Positions 1 to 8,083 of a DNA stretch of 32,000 nt are shown here, piece after piece. The stretch covers positions 1 to 32,000 of the forward strand of contig NZ_LWLG01000008.1 of assembly GCF_001652585.1 (NCBI RefSeq). The letters are read 5' to 3'. This DNA comes from Thermosulfurimonas dismutans (lineage in GTDB: Bacteria; Desulfobacterota; Thermodesulfobacteria; Thermodesulfobacteriales; Thermodesulfobacteriaceae). The notes beneath the pieces are model-generated. The model saw nothing but the letters and a program-made list of their open reading frames with translations. It searched no databases and was not told where the DNA came from. Every line of letters starts with the position of its first letter. Position 1 is the first letter of the stretch. The position numbers and the translations under genes were made by a program.

Positions 1-60
1 AAGATCAAATTTATTTTTACCCCCCGGCCGGTGGTACTTAAATTTTTGTGTCCGGGTATT

Positions 61-100
61 AAGAAAAAAAAGGGAGCCTCTTCTACTGGAGGGGCTCCCC
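61..100 (-). terminator. Possible intrinsic terminator inside the IS left end (minus-strand sense)
   Basis: Stem gggagcc (72-78) pairs with ggctccc (93-99). On the minus strand a run of 8 or more T follows (plus-strand a-run at 62-70). Its function is uncertain. Confidence 0.35.
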
Positions 101-137
101 GAGCAAAAGAAAAAAATCTAAAACAGGAGGTACACCT

Positions 138-1334
138 ATGAAGCAAGATAACCTCTTTACCGAAAAATTTCTAGAGGAACTCCAGAAGTGGGAAGACTTT
201 GTTCCTCAGGAATTCTTCTCCTGGCTCTTCAAAAACCTGGGCCTGGCTCACCGCGCCATCCACCTTAAAAATCATCCCCACGACAAAGGAAACGGTTTCT
301 ACCAGAGAAATCTCCAGATAGGAGGACTATCCTTTCCGGTAGAAATTGCCCGCACCCGCTACGAAAAATTTCGCCCTTTCTTTCTTCCTCCAGGCCATAC
401 TCGCTACCTCCCTGAAGACTACCTCAATCTAGCTTTCTCCTTCCTTCTTGGGGCTCGTTCTATACAGAGCGCCTCCCGAGCCCTCCAAAATATAGATCTG
501 CCCTTCAACCAAGACTACCTGGATGAAGTGATTGAAGAATTCGTAACTTATCTTGAAACCCTCAACTCCTCGCCTCTGCCCTCGGATCTGGCCGCCATCT
601 TCCTGGACGGCAAATCCATCCGCCAGAAAGTTAAAGAGGGAAAGGAAGTCCGGGAATACACCACCTACGTGGCCCTGGGTCTTACCCTGGAAGGCCAAAA
701 GCTGATCCTGGGCCTTTACACCTTTGAAGGCCAGGAAAGCCAGGAAAACTGGAAAAAAGTTCTTGAGAAGCTTATCCAGAGGGGCTTAAGAAGAATCCTT
801 ATTGTGGTTCACGATGATTTTCCCGGCCTCTCTTCCCTTACCGAAGCCTTCTTTCCCAGGGCAGATATTCAGCTCTGCACCGTACACCTTCTGCGCAACG
901 CCAGAAAACACCTCAGCCGAGAGCACTATCGAACTTTCAGAGACTATTTCCAGAGTATCAAGAATAGCCTCAACTATGAGGAAGGCTTGAGGCTTTTTGA
1001 AGCCCTGTTGGAAAAGCTACCGCAGGGGTTGCGGTTTGTGAAAAGGGTTGCCAACCGCAAGGAGCGTTATCTGGCTTTCTTGAAATACCCAAAAGAGCTG
1101 AGACCGTTATTTTCTTCGACGAATCTGGCCGAAGGCCTTAATCGGAAAATAGAGGAGGCGGAGAGGGCTTGTGGAGGGTATTTTCATTCGGAAAGGGATC
1201 GTAATTTTCGGTACGGGGTATTGGCCAAAGAACTTTTAGAGGGTCGCTGGAGGCGTCCCAACTGGAAGTATCGGGAAATAGCTCATCTCCTGAGATGCCT
1301 TTTTGAGGAGAGGTTTTCTAAAGATGACCACTAA
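138..1334 (+). CDS. IS256-family (Mutator-type) DDE transposase
   Basis: 398 aa. The layout is typical of IS256: IFLDGKS..., LGLTLEGQKLILGLY..ESQENWKKVLEKLIQRGL, IVVHDDFPGL..AFFPRADIQLCTVHLLRN (the D..D..C..H..RN signature). An AGGAGG Shine-Dalgarno lies 7 nt upstream of the ATG. Confidence 0.9.
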   Translation: MKQDNLFTEKFLEELQKWEDFVPQEFFSWLFKNLGLAHRAIHLKNHPHDKGNGFYQRNLQIGGLSFPVEIARTRYEKFRPFFLPPGHTRYLPEDYLNLAFSFLLGARSIQSASRALQNIDLPFNQDYLDEVIEEFVTYLETLNSSPLPSDLAAIFLDGKSIRQKVKEGKEVREYTTYVALGLTLEGQKLILGLYTFEGQESQENWKKVLEKLIQRGLRRILIVVHDDFPGLSSLTEAFFPRADIQLCTVHLLRNARKHLSREHYRTFRDYFQSIKNSLNYEEGLRLFEALLEKLPQGLRFVKRVANRKERYLAFLKYPKELRPLFSSTNLAEGLNRKIEEAERACGGYFHSERDRNFRYGVLAKELLEGRWRRPNWKYREIAHLLRCLFEERFSKDDH

Positions 1335-1410
1335 GTCCAGACACAGAAAACTTGACAAGCGCCCTCGCTTCCTCCCCCATCATGCCCTCCTTCATTCTAT
1401 CGAGTATCTA

Positions 1411-2394
1411 CTAACTAACATCCGTCTCACGATTGAGTAATTCACCTATTAAACAGGAGGGAGTTTTTCCTTCTTTATCCTGAACATTTACATCCGTCCC
1501 ATAATTGAGAAGAATTTTTACGACCTTTAAACGACTCACCAATCTCGATCCTGGATGAATAACTGGAGCTAAATGCAGAGGAGTTTTACCGTCCTCATCT
1601 TTTGCGTTTACATCAGCCCCATGCTTAAGCAGAATTTCTGCCACCTCGGAGTTTCCATCCCATGCCGCTAAATGAAGTGGGGTTCTGCCTTTTCTATTTC
1701 TTGCATTTATATCTGCTCCGTGTTGGATTAAAATTTCTGCTATTTTTCCTTCGGTGTTTCGCGCAGCAAAATGAAGAGGTATTTCATCGCCCATAAACAT
1801 ATTTCCAAAAGGAGATATATCACAAGAATTATCAATCCTTGCATTTACATCCGCTCCATATTGGAGCAATATTTTTACTACTTTAGAAGTTCCATTTCCT
1901 GCTGCTAAGTGAAGCGGCATTAAACCGTCATTATCTCTTGCATTCACATCCGCTCCGTGTTTAAGTAAGCATTCTACTACTTCTGGATTTCCATAATATG
2001 ACGCTATATGAAGTGGCGTCCAACCATCTTCATCTCTTGCGTTTATATCAGCTCGGTATTTTAATAAAAGATCAACCATTTTTGAATATTCACTTTGAGC
2101 GGCTAAATGAAGAGGGGTTCGCTTATTTATGTCTTTTGCGTTTACATCTGCTCCAAGCTTAAGCAACGATTCTGCCACTACTAAATTCCCATAACATGCT
2201 GCGTCAAAATCATCTTTGTTTCTTGCATTCATAAAAGCTATTTTAAAATAAACACCATCTGCTGCTAAATGAAGAGGGGTGCGACCATTTTCATCTCTTG
2301 CATTTACATCTGCTCCGTGTTCAAGTAAATAACTTACTTTTTCAATATCTCCAACTTCTGCCGCCTCAAATAGCAATTTATTTTTATTTTTCAT
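1411..2394 (-). CDS. Ankyrin-repeat protein (at least 8 ANK repeats)
   Basis: 327 aa. The motif G.TPLHLAA..G....V..LL.HGADVNA(R/K)D recurs about 8 times. The gene is AT-rich. A GGAAGG Shine-Dalgarno lies upstream. Confidence 0.9.
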   Translation of the reverse strand: MKNKNKLLFEAAEVGDIEKVSYLLEHGADVNARDENGRTPLHLAADGVYFKIAFMNARNKDDFDAACYGNLVVAESLLKLGADVNAKDINKRTPLHLAAQSEYSKMVDLLLKYRADINARDEDGWTPLHIASYYGNPEVVECLLKHGADVNARDNDGLMPLHLAAGNGTSKVVKILLQYGADVNARIDNSCDISPFGNMFMGDEIPLHFAARNTEGKIAEILIQHGADINARNRKGRTPLHLAAWDGNSEVAEILLKHGADVNAKDEDGKTPLHLAPVIHPGSRLVSRLKVVKILLNYGTDVNVQDKEGKTPSCLIGELLNRETDVS

Positions 2395-2462
2395 TCATTT
2401 ACTACCTTCCAGGAAAATTTTTAATAAATTTGAAAAAGAACTACCAATCTTTTTTCTTTATT

Positions 2463-2549
2463 TTATTTTTTAAAAGCTTTTAAAAGTTTTCCCAACTCTT
2501 TTTTGTGATATTTTGCATCTATTTTATCTCCTTTATATCCCCTTCCCAT
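2463..2549 (-). CDS. Hypothetical 28-aa Lys-rich small ORF (MGRGYKGDKIDAKYHKKELGKLLKAFKK)
   Basis: Not in the ORF track. An ATG is preceded by a GGGGG Shine-Dalgarno at about 8 nt. It lies between the IS left end and the ankyrin gene. No homology was recognised. Confidence 0.2.
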   Translation of the reverse strand: MGRGYKGDKIDAKYHKKELGKLLKAFKK

Positions 2550-2645
2550 AACTTCTACCCCCTTTTTTTGTAAGTGTATTTTTATTTTCTATTTTTTCTA
2601 TACAAGCAAAATCTATGCCATCATCCCAAATTTTGGACCCTATCA

Positions 2646-2659
2646 CAAAGTGGCGTGAT
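2646..2659. repeat. Left inverted repeat of the IS (caaagtggcgtgat)
   Basis: Exact reverse complement of 4025-4038. Confidence 0.8.
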
Positions 2660-2713
2660 GAAGGAGGTAAAATGGGGCCACCGGGGAATAAACTCTCATA
2701 AGGAGGTGAAACA

Positions 2714-4039
2714 GTGGCCCCAAGGCAATTACTCATAAATATTTTCATAACCTTCGAAATCCCTTTGGGCAAGGTCTCACTGGCCGTTATAGAAGAGACC
2801 GGCCGCCAGAGTCTAAAGGAATCAGGTCGCCTAATGATAAAAACTCTTCTGGAAGCTCTCCAGGAACGCCTTTCGTTCATGTTACAAGCCTTGCATCCTG
2901 AAAGATTCGTCAAAAACGGACGGCACGGAAGATTGCGCACCTTCAAAACCTCTTTCGGGAAAGTCCAGGTGGTCAATCACCAGATCCTGGATAAACAGAG
3001 TCGCAAGAGTCTTAGGCTTCTTCCTCTGGCGGTCGATTTTCGTTCAGGGAGACGTTTTTCGCCGGGAGCCTTGCGGTTGGCCACAAGGCTTTCGGTGCTT
3101 ACTTCTTTTCGGCAGGCGGCCAGAGAAGCAAGCTACGAGATGGGGCTTGAAGTACCCTCCCATGCTACTGTCCATCGGAACTTCCGTGAAATTTTTGCCT
3201 TCAGCGAGGTATTCACCAAGGGCCGGAAGTTTCGTCACTTGATGGTTGACACCATGAAGGTGAGGCTTCAGAGTGGTCGCGGGAGGGATGCAGGGTGGGG
3301 AGATGTGCGGGTGGTGCTGGCAGCCGAGAGAGGGGAAGGGCCGTGGATACCGGTGGGATTTTTTGTGAATAGGAGCTGGGAGGAGGTACGCAGGGAGCTT
3401 GAGAGAGTTATAGATTATGAGGAAGTTGAGGTTTTGATCAGCGATGGGGAGCCGGGGATAGAGGCACTTTTACGGGAAGGGATGAGGCACCAGAGGTGTG
3501 TCTGGCATGGCTGGAGGGATCTTAGCTTCGTGCTTTATCAGGACGGCTTTCGGGGGCTTGAGAACCGGGACTTGGTGGATCTTTTGAGCGAGATCCCGCT
3601 TTTCAGGCTAAAAACCAAGGATCGGCCTGGGATCAGAGAGAAAGTGGAGGGGATTCTTGAGGAGAGCCGTCGGCTGTGGGAGGAGTTGCTTGAGGTTTTT
3701 GATCGGGAGGTATATCCGCGGGCGCATAGCTATTTGAAGCGGCTGGGCGAGAATTTGTTCATATTTTTGGAGTATTTTTTGGAGAAAGGAGAATGGATTC
3801 CGAATGTTTCAAATATGGCGGAGAACGTTATAGGTCGGATTAAGCTACGGGTAAGACGGATAGGCAAGAGATGGAGCGAGAGAGGGCTTATAGCCTTATT
3901 TCGGGCGATGGCAAGGAGGATTTTTGGGGTGGAGAGCTGGGAGGCCTTTGAGGAGAGGCTGCTGGGGGCGGGGATTCGTCCGAAACTCGTGGCTTTAGAG
4001 GTGAAATACCACTGGAGGTGGCCTATCACGCCACTTTGA
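2714..4039 (+). CDS. DDE transposase, Mutator/IS256-like signature, family unassigned
   Basis: 441 aa with a GTG start 7 nt after AGGAGG. Motifs: DTMKVRL..., VLISDGEPGIEALL....HQRCVWHGWRDL (a second Asp followed by the C..H motif seen in MULE/IS256 transposases). Flanked by inverted repeats. Confidence 0.75.
   Translation: MAPRQLLINIFITFEIPLGKVSLAVIEETGRQSLKESGRLMIKTLLEALQERLSFMLQALHPERFVKNGRHGRLRTFKTSFGKVQVVNHQILDKQSRKSLRLLPLAVDFRSGRRFSPGALRLATRLSVLTSFRQAAREASYEMGLEVPSHATVHRNFREIFAFSEVFTKGRKFRHLMVDTMKVRLQSGRGRDAGWGDVRVVLAAERGEGPWIPVGFFVNRSWEEVRRELERVIDYEEVEVLISDGEPGIEALLREGMRHQRCVWHGWRDLSFVLYQDGFRGLENRDLVDLLSEIPLFRLKTKDRPGIREKVEGILEESRRLWEELLEVFDREVYPRAHSYLKRLGENLFIFLEYFLEKGEWIPNVSNMAENVIGRIKLRVRRIGKRWSERGLIALFRAMARRIFGVESWEAFEERLLGAGIRPKLVALEVKYHWRWPITPL
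4025..4038. repeat. Right inverted repeat of the IS (atcacgccactttg)
   Basis: Exact reverse complement of 2646-2659. Confidence 0.8.
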
Positions 4040-4069
4040 TACAAGGCCAAAAATAGATGGTCATATATA

Positions 4070-5320
4070 TCAACGATTTTTACAAATAACTTTGGATTTA
4101 TAAAAATCCACTACTTGCCACTTAACCCTCAATACCGTCCCTTTACAGTATTCTTTTGTCCTTTGATTAAATATTCTCTTAATATGACACCCTCCCATAC
4201 ATAGATAAACAACAGGACAATCTTTACATAATGGATCATTGAAAGGGTCATAGTCTAAAAAAATAGTTTCTGCCATTTTATTAACTTTCCCATTTTCCTG
4301 ATCATGTATTCCAAAAATTCTCCATTTGGATGAAGGTATATTTACATTACACCTGTAAGTAAATAAATCTGGGCCTATTGTAATAGAATTTGGATCATCT
4401 GCAACACATGCAGAAAACAATCTCGTTGGAAGGGAAGGTTCCCATCCTATTCTTAATGATCTGAAAAAATCCGCTAAAGACCAGTAGCGATCTATAAATT
4501 CCGAATAACTCATGGGAGACCATGTACCCAAATCTCCATGAGGTTCCAAATATCCCAAAATAAAAAAAAGATTTCCATTTGAAATAGAAGAAAAATACTG
4601 AGCTATTTGCTTGATTCTATCCCAATTTTGTTCTTGCACATTGTACTTGATAGTTATAGCACATCCCTCTTCCAGAAGTTTTTTCACTGAAAGTTTTATT
4701 TTCTGCAAAGAGGATTCGCTTGTTTCCTTATCTATAGAAATCTGAATATCTCTAATATATGTATTTTTCATTATAAAAATAGCCATATCTTCTGATAAAA
4801 GAACTCCATTAGTTAATAATGTTTCCTCATATCCTAAATCGTTCAAAAAAGCTATCCTGTGTAACTCATTAGACAGCCTACTAATAAAATTTACAACAAG
4901 TAAAGGTTCTCCTCCATGCCAAATTACAGAAACTTTTTGTGGCTTTTTCTCTTTTATAAAATTTTTGATATAATGAAGTAATGTAGGAATATCCGCAATT
5001 TTCATTTCCAAATTAATTGTTCCTCCATGATAACAATAAGAACAACTTTTATTGCACCTTAAAGTTGGAACTATAACTATTCTAGATGTATTGAAGGGCT
5101 CAGATTCAAGTTGAGGTTCATCAAATATTCCTACTTTTTCTAAATCTTTAAAAAGTCTTTCAAATTGATCTTCAGAAGAGCATCCTCTCTCAAATAGACA
5201 CTTAGCTTCTTCTTTATCCAACTCTACAAGAACTTGGTTAACCGTATTAAACAAAAGAACTTTTGAACCTAAATCAAAATCGCTTAAATCTATTCTCAAA
5301 ACATAATTCGGAAGTTGCAT
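4070..5320 (-). CDS. Radical SAM/SPASM-domain peptide maturase-like enzyme with an N-terminal PqqD-like (RRE-like) segment
   Basis: 416 aa. The CX3CX2C motif is present (PTLRCNKSCSYCYHGG). The C-terminus is Cys-rich and SPASM-like (CKDCPVVYLCMGGCHIKR). The N-terminal VLLFNTVNQVLVELDKEEAKCL resembles a PqqD/RRE peptide-binding motif. Confidence 0.85.
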   Translation of the reverse strand: MQLPNYVLRIDLSDFDLGSKVLLFNTVNQVLVELDKEEAKCLFERGCSSEDQFERLFKDLEKVGIFDEPQLESEPFNTSRIVIVPTLRCNKSCSYCYHGGTINLEMKIADIPTLLHYIKNFIKEKKPQKVSVIWHGGEPLLVVNFISRLSNELHRIAFLNDLGYEETLLTNGVLLSEDMAIFIMKNTYIRDIQISIDKETSESSLQKIKLSVKKLLEEGCAITIKYNVQEQNWDRIKQIAQYFSSISNGNLFFILGYLEPHGDLGTWSPMSYSEFIDRYWSLADFFRSLRIGWEPSLPTRLFSACVADDPNSITIGPDLFTYRCNVNIPSSKWRIFGIHDQENGKVNKMAETIFLDYDPFNDPLCKDCPVVYLCMGGCHIKRIFNQRTKEYCKGTVLRVKWQVVDFYKSKVICKNR

Positions 5321-5594
5321 ATTACTTTATTACATAATTCTACCTTCCAAAATCCATTTGTCCAATAATTTTTCTCATTAATCATCAATCTTAACAATAT
5401 TTTATCTCCCCACATCAATACTATTCTATACCTTTACCCTTTAAAAACCTATCTCTTCTAGCTCCTTTCTTCATAACTCCTTTACCTTATCCTGAAATTA
5501 TACAATAAAGCAATTACCTAAATATCACTTGTACATATATCTAATGTATTTAAAGTGCTTATATGAACAAAATTCCAAAATTTTTCAAAGGTCT

Positions 5595-5699
5595 CTACTG
5601 GTGATTCATACAACACTTAGAATGAGGCTTACCACTAACTTCCACCACACCCTTCTTTTTTTTCTTTTTCTTACAATCCTTTGCATTTATTACCTTCAT
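5595..5699 (-). CDS. Candidate RiPP precursor peptide, 34 aa (MKVINAKDCKKKKKKKGVVEVSGKPHSKCCMNHQ)
   Basis: Not in the ORF track. An ATG follows a GGGAGG Shine-Dalgarno at 5 nt. Same strand as the rSAM/SPASM gene and 275 nt upstream of it. Three Cys residues, including a C-terminal CC. The poly-Lys run comes from an A-rich tract, so a chance ORF cannot be excluded. Confidence 0.35.
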   Translation of the reverse strand: MKVINAKDCKKKKKKKGVVEVSGKPHSKCCMNHQ

Positions 5700-5848
5700 A
5701 ACACCCTCCCACAAATAAATGTTCTTAGTGAAATCTATACTAAACTTATCCAAAAATCAAAGAAATTACGCCACTTATCATACTCCTGAACATCTTTAGT
5801 TGTTAAAGTGTCAAGTATATACAAGTTGTTCAACAGAGATATATCTTC

Positions 5849-5974
5849 TCATTTTCTACTTACATTCCAACTCCCACACTTTGGACATTTAGGTGCTTTT
5901 GTTCCGTGATGTTTTATACCTTTCCATCTATGACCGCAATCATTACACCAATAAGTTACTTTTCTCCCAGACAT
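5849..5974 (-). CDS. FmdB-like zinc-ribbon protein, 41 aa (MSGRKVTYWCNDCGHRWKGIKHHGTKAPKCPKCGSWNVSRK)
   Basis: Not in the ORF track. An AGGAGG Shine-Dalgarno lies 5 nt upstream of the ATG. The pattern Y.C..CGH...(16)...CP.CGS..V.R matches the CxxC_CxxC zinc-ribbon family. Confidence 0.55.
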   Translation of the reverse strand: MSGRKVTYWCNDCGHRWKGIKHHGTKAPKCPKCGSWNVSRK

Positions 5975-5977
5975 ATT

Positions 5978-6281
5978 TTACCTCCTATTCTTTTTTATCA
6001 ACAAATTCCTTTTTGCCTTCCAATAAGGTTTACGAAATACAATATAATCCACTATAAGTTCATCAATCCATGCACCAGCTCTAATAACCAGTTCATCCGG
6101 CTTCAACTTATCGTGCAATTTTACCCTAATAGGCTTGCTTGGTAATTCCTCTACACACTCCTCCAGATCTACTCTCCCGGTTTTAATAGCGCGAAGACGA
6201 TCAAGATGTTTAGGCCGCCCAAGAAGGACACTCCCTTTCCACCCATAAACCCAAACACTCTTTCAATAGCTTTAATTTCCA
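5978..6281 (-). pseudogene. Start-less or frameshifted ORF of unknown function (about 100 aa if repaired)
   Basis: A 94-codon open frame (5978-6262, ...RPKHLDRLRAIKTGRVDLEECVEELPSKPIRVKLHDKLKPDELVIRAGAWIDELIVDYIVFRKPYWKAKR...) has no ATG/GTG/TTG near its 5' end. An ATG at 6281 opens a different frame (MEIKAIERVFGFMGGKG...) that stops after 37 codons. A -1 shift near GGA AAG GGA would join the two frames. Its stop overlaps the Shine-Dalgarno of the zinc-ribbon ORF. Confidence 0.35.
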
Positions 6282-6304
6282 TTCTTTATCAAATCGAAGC
6301 ATTT

Positions 6305-7063
6305 TCAATACCCCTTAAAAACATAATTTACCACAACTCTTTTGCCTGGAGTAAAAATTTCTTTCAAAATTATCTCTAAGCCCTGAATATCTTCTTCATA
6401 TCTTATTTTAACGGACAATACATCCCACCAGGAATATCCAAAGCTTTCCAGAGCTTTTTTGATTTCCCTCAAAAACCTTTCTTCCACTTCCTGAGGCAAC
6501 AGCAAAAGAATCTCATAATCGCCCGGACCAAAAAGCTCCCGTACCTGCTGAAAAACTTGTTCCCGATTCGGAAAATCGGAAGTTAAGCGCCTGGCTCGAG
6601 GACTATAGCCTTTTAAAGAAGGATTGGGCAGAAGTGTGCCATCCAGCAGGATAGAGCATACAAACCGGCCTTTTTCAACATCGTAAACAACAACCTGTGC
6701 CCCGAGACGCCGCATATATTCAAGATATTTCTCAAAAGGCAGGCCGTATTCGGCAACAATAACAGGTTCGTTCGAGCGGTTTCCGAGGACTCTTTTACCG
6801 GAAGATTCCCTTGCCCGGGAGCGAAGCTTTACCTGGACGGAGGATTTTTTGGCAGCTCTACGAATATCTCGGGCTTCAAGCGGTTTAGGCCTTGGCAGTT
6901 CAACCATCTGAAGAGGGACTACAGACTCTTGCCTTTGAAAGGTTACCCGCCCCACCTCCATAGGAGCCTCACGGCTCTTTTCCTTCAAATTGAGCTTGTA
7001 GCACAGGAAAATGGCTAATGTCAACCCCAAAATAAAGGGCAGCCAGCGGATGGCTCTTTTCAT
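6305..7063 (-). CDS. Membrane-anchored hypothetical protein (last gene of the ExbBD cluster, in the position TonB usually occupies)
   Basis: 252 aa. N-terminal TM helix (WLPFILGLTLAIFLCY), then a short Pro/Lys/Arg-rich linker (ELPRPKPLEARDIRRAAKK). The C-terminal domain has no TonB_C motif that I recognise. Confidence 0.65.
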   Translation of the reverse strand: MKRAIRWLPFILGLTLAIFLCYKLNLKEKSREAPMEVGRVTFQRQESVVPLQMVELPRPKPLEARDIRRAAKKSSVQVKLRSRARESSGKRVLGNRSNEPVIVAEYGLPFEKYLEYMRRLGAQVVVYDVEKGRFVCSILLDGTLLPNPSLKGYSPRARRLTSDFPNREQVFQQVRELFGPGDYEILLLLPQEVEERFLREIKKALESFGYSWWDVLSVKIRYEEDIQGLEIILKEIFTPGKRVVVNYVFKGY

Positions 7064-7065
7064 GG

Positions 7066-7503
7066 CTATTTCCTTTTTATGTAGGCCAGGCCCAGCCGGA
7101 TTCCCAAATCCTTGGCTGCGATCATGATCTCCTGGGGATACCTGAAGGGCGTGTTTTGATCCACCCGCAAAACCAGGGCCTGGGGCCTTAAACGCTCAAG
7201 CTCCGCCACTACCCCTTTGACCGAAGAAAATTCCAATTTCCCAAGCTTTTGTGACTCCAGGACAAAGCGATAGCCTTTTTGACCATCGGGCACGATGGAA
7301 AGCTTCGGCGTTTCCGGACCAAAGGCCTGACTATTAGTTTGGGCTTTCTTTTTCAGGAGATTTACTTGAGTCTGAATCTCCTCTCTGATGGCGGTAGCCA
7401 GAGCCACGGTCATGAACATGTAAACCAGAAGAATAATGGTCACAAGATCTATCCAGCTGGCATCAAACTTAAGACTCTCAAGCCTTCTGCCGCCCATGCC
7501 CAT
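7066..7503 (-). CDS. ExbD/TolR-family biopolymer transport protein
   Basis: 145 aa. A single N-terminal TM helix carries the conserved Asp (DASWIDLVTIILLVYMF). The C-terminus is ExbD-like (LVLRVDQNTPFRYPQEIMIAAKDLGIRLGL). Confidence 0.8.
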   Translation of the reverse strand: MGMGGRRLESLKFDASWIDLVTIILLVYMFMTVALATAIREEIQTQVNLLKKKAQTNSQAFGPETPKLSIVPDGQKGYRFVLESQKLGKLEFSSVKGVVAELERLRPQALVLRVDQNTPFRYPQEIMIAAKDLGIRLGLAYIKRK

Positions 7504-7504
7504 C

Positions 7505-8083
7505 TTAAACCCCCTTTCTCTCCATAAATTCGTGAAAATCTCGCTTTAGTACTTCGAAATGTTTCCTCAATTCGATCCAGGCCTTCGAAATCGCTTCCTC
7601 ATCCCTTGACCTCCTCTCCCCTCTTATAAGCTCCCTTCCTTTTATAAGTTCAATTGTCCGAATCCCTATGGGATTGCACACAATCGCTTCCTGAAAATAT
7701 CTTTCTAGGTTATGTACATATTCCAGAAGTTCCTCGTTCTGATCTCTTCTCTCAAGCATTCTTCTGAGAATCAAAATCCGCGATAAGGATTCACCGAAAT
7801 AATACAACTTAAGGCCCTCGTACTCTAAAATCACCAAGGCCCAATATCTACTTTCCGTCTCATCTTTGGCAGTCTGCAACTGCTTCATATCTTCTCTTTC
7901 TTTTGCAGCTAACAACTCAATTATGTGCTGATATAGGATAATATCCTTCAAACAACTTATGACAGCCTCTCTTCTCACGGAGGAAGATTCCTCATTTTCG
8001 AAAAGATTGTTATTTTTGCTTAAACAGAAATCGCAAAATATTCCCAATATTATAACTAAAATTATCAATATTTTTTTATTCAT
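7505..8083 (-). CDS. Exported hypothetical protein
   Basis: 192 aa with an N-terminal signal-like segment. It sits between the ExbB-like and ExbD-like genes with overlapping or abutting ends. Confidence 0.6.
   Translation of the reverse strand: MNKKILIILVIILGIFCDFCLSKNNNLFENEESSSVRREAVISCLKDIILYQHIIELLAAKEREDMKQLQTAKDETESRYWALVILEYEGLKLYYFGESLSRILILRRMLERRDQNEELLEYVHNLERYFQEAIVCNPIGIRTIELIKGRELIRGERRSRDEEAISKAWIELRKHFEVLKRDFHEFMERKGV

Larger units (their letters stand above)
40..1353 (+). mobile_element. IS256-family insertion sequence (ends approximate)
   Basis: One transposase ORF flanked by imperfect inverted repeats. Positions 40-57 (aaatttttgtgtccgggt) align with the reverse complement of 1335-1353 (aagttttctgtgtctggac) at 14 of the first 17 aligned columns, with one 1-nt gap. 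The element is GC-richer than the AT-rich DNA to its right. No target-site duplication was found. Confidence 0.6.
2631..4052 (+). mobile_element. Insertion sequence (~1.42 kb) with a Mutator/IS256-like transposase
   Basis: A GC-rich block is embedded in AT-rich DNA. Exact 14-bp inverted repeats (2646-2659 and 4025-4038) extend imperfectly outward to ttttgg (2631-2636) and ccaaaa (4047-4052). The right repeat overlaps the transposase stop. No target duplication was seen. Confidence 0.7.

Noticed and set aside
91-105. ggctccccgagca resembles the acceptor end of the tRNA fragment (ggctccccgggca), suggesting a second att repeat
   Set aside because: The match is only 13 nt with a mismatch. It forms one arm of a hairpin inside the IS256-like element, and the similarity does not continue into the T arm. 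It is probably coincidence.
2533-2976. 147-aa minus-strand ORF spanning the IS left end
   Set aside because: It crosses the composition and inverted-repeat boundary, is antisense to the transposase 5' region, and has low-complexity content. It is a chance ORF.
5321-5520. Other small minus-strand ORFs upstream of the rSAM gene as precursors: a 17-aa ORF (MKKGARRDRFLKGKGIE) and a 39-aa ORF overlapping the rSAM start
   Set aside because: The 17-aa ORF has no Cys and a very short Shine-Dalgarno spacing. The 39-aa ORF has no Shine-Dalgarno. Both are weaker than the 34-aa candidate, though not formally excluded.
5529-6145. Plus-strand ORFs 5529-5789 and 5906-6145
   Set aside because: Their sequences are hydrophobic and low-complexity and lack a Shine-Dalgarno. 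They are antisense to minus-strand small ORFs that have strong Shine-Dalgarno sites and recognisable motifs.
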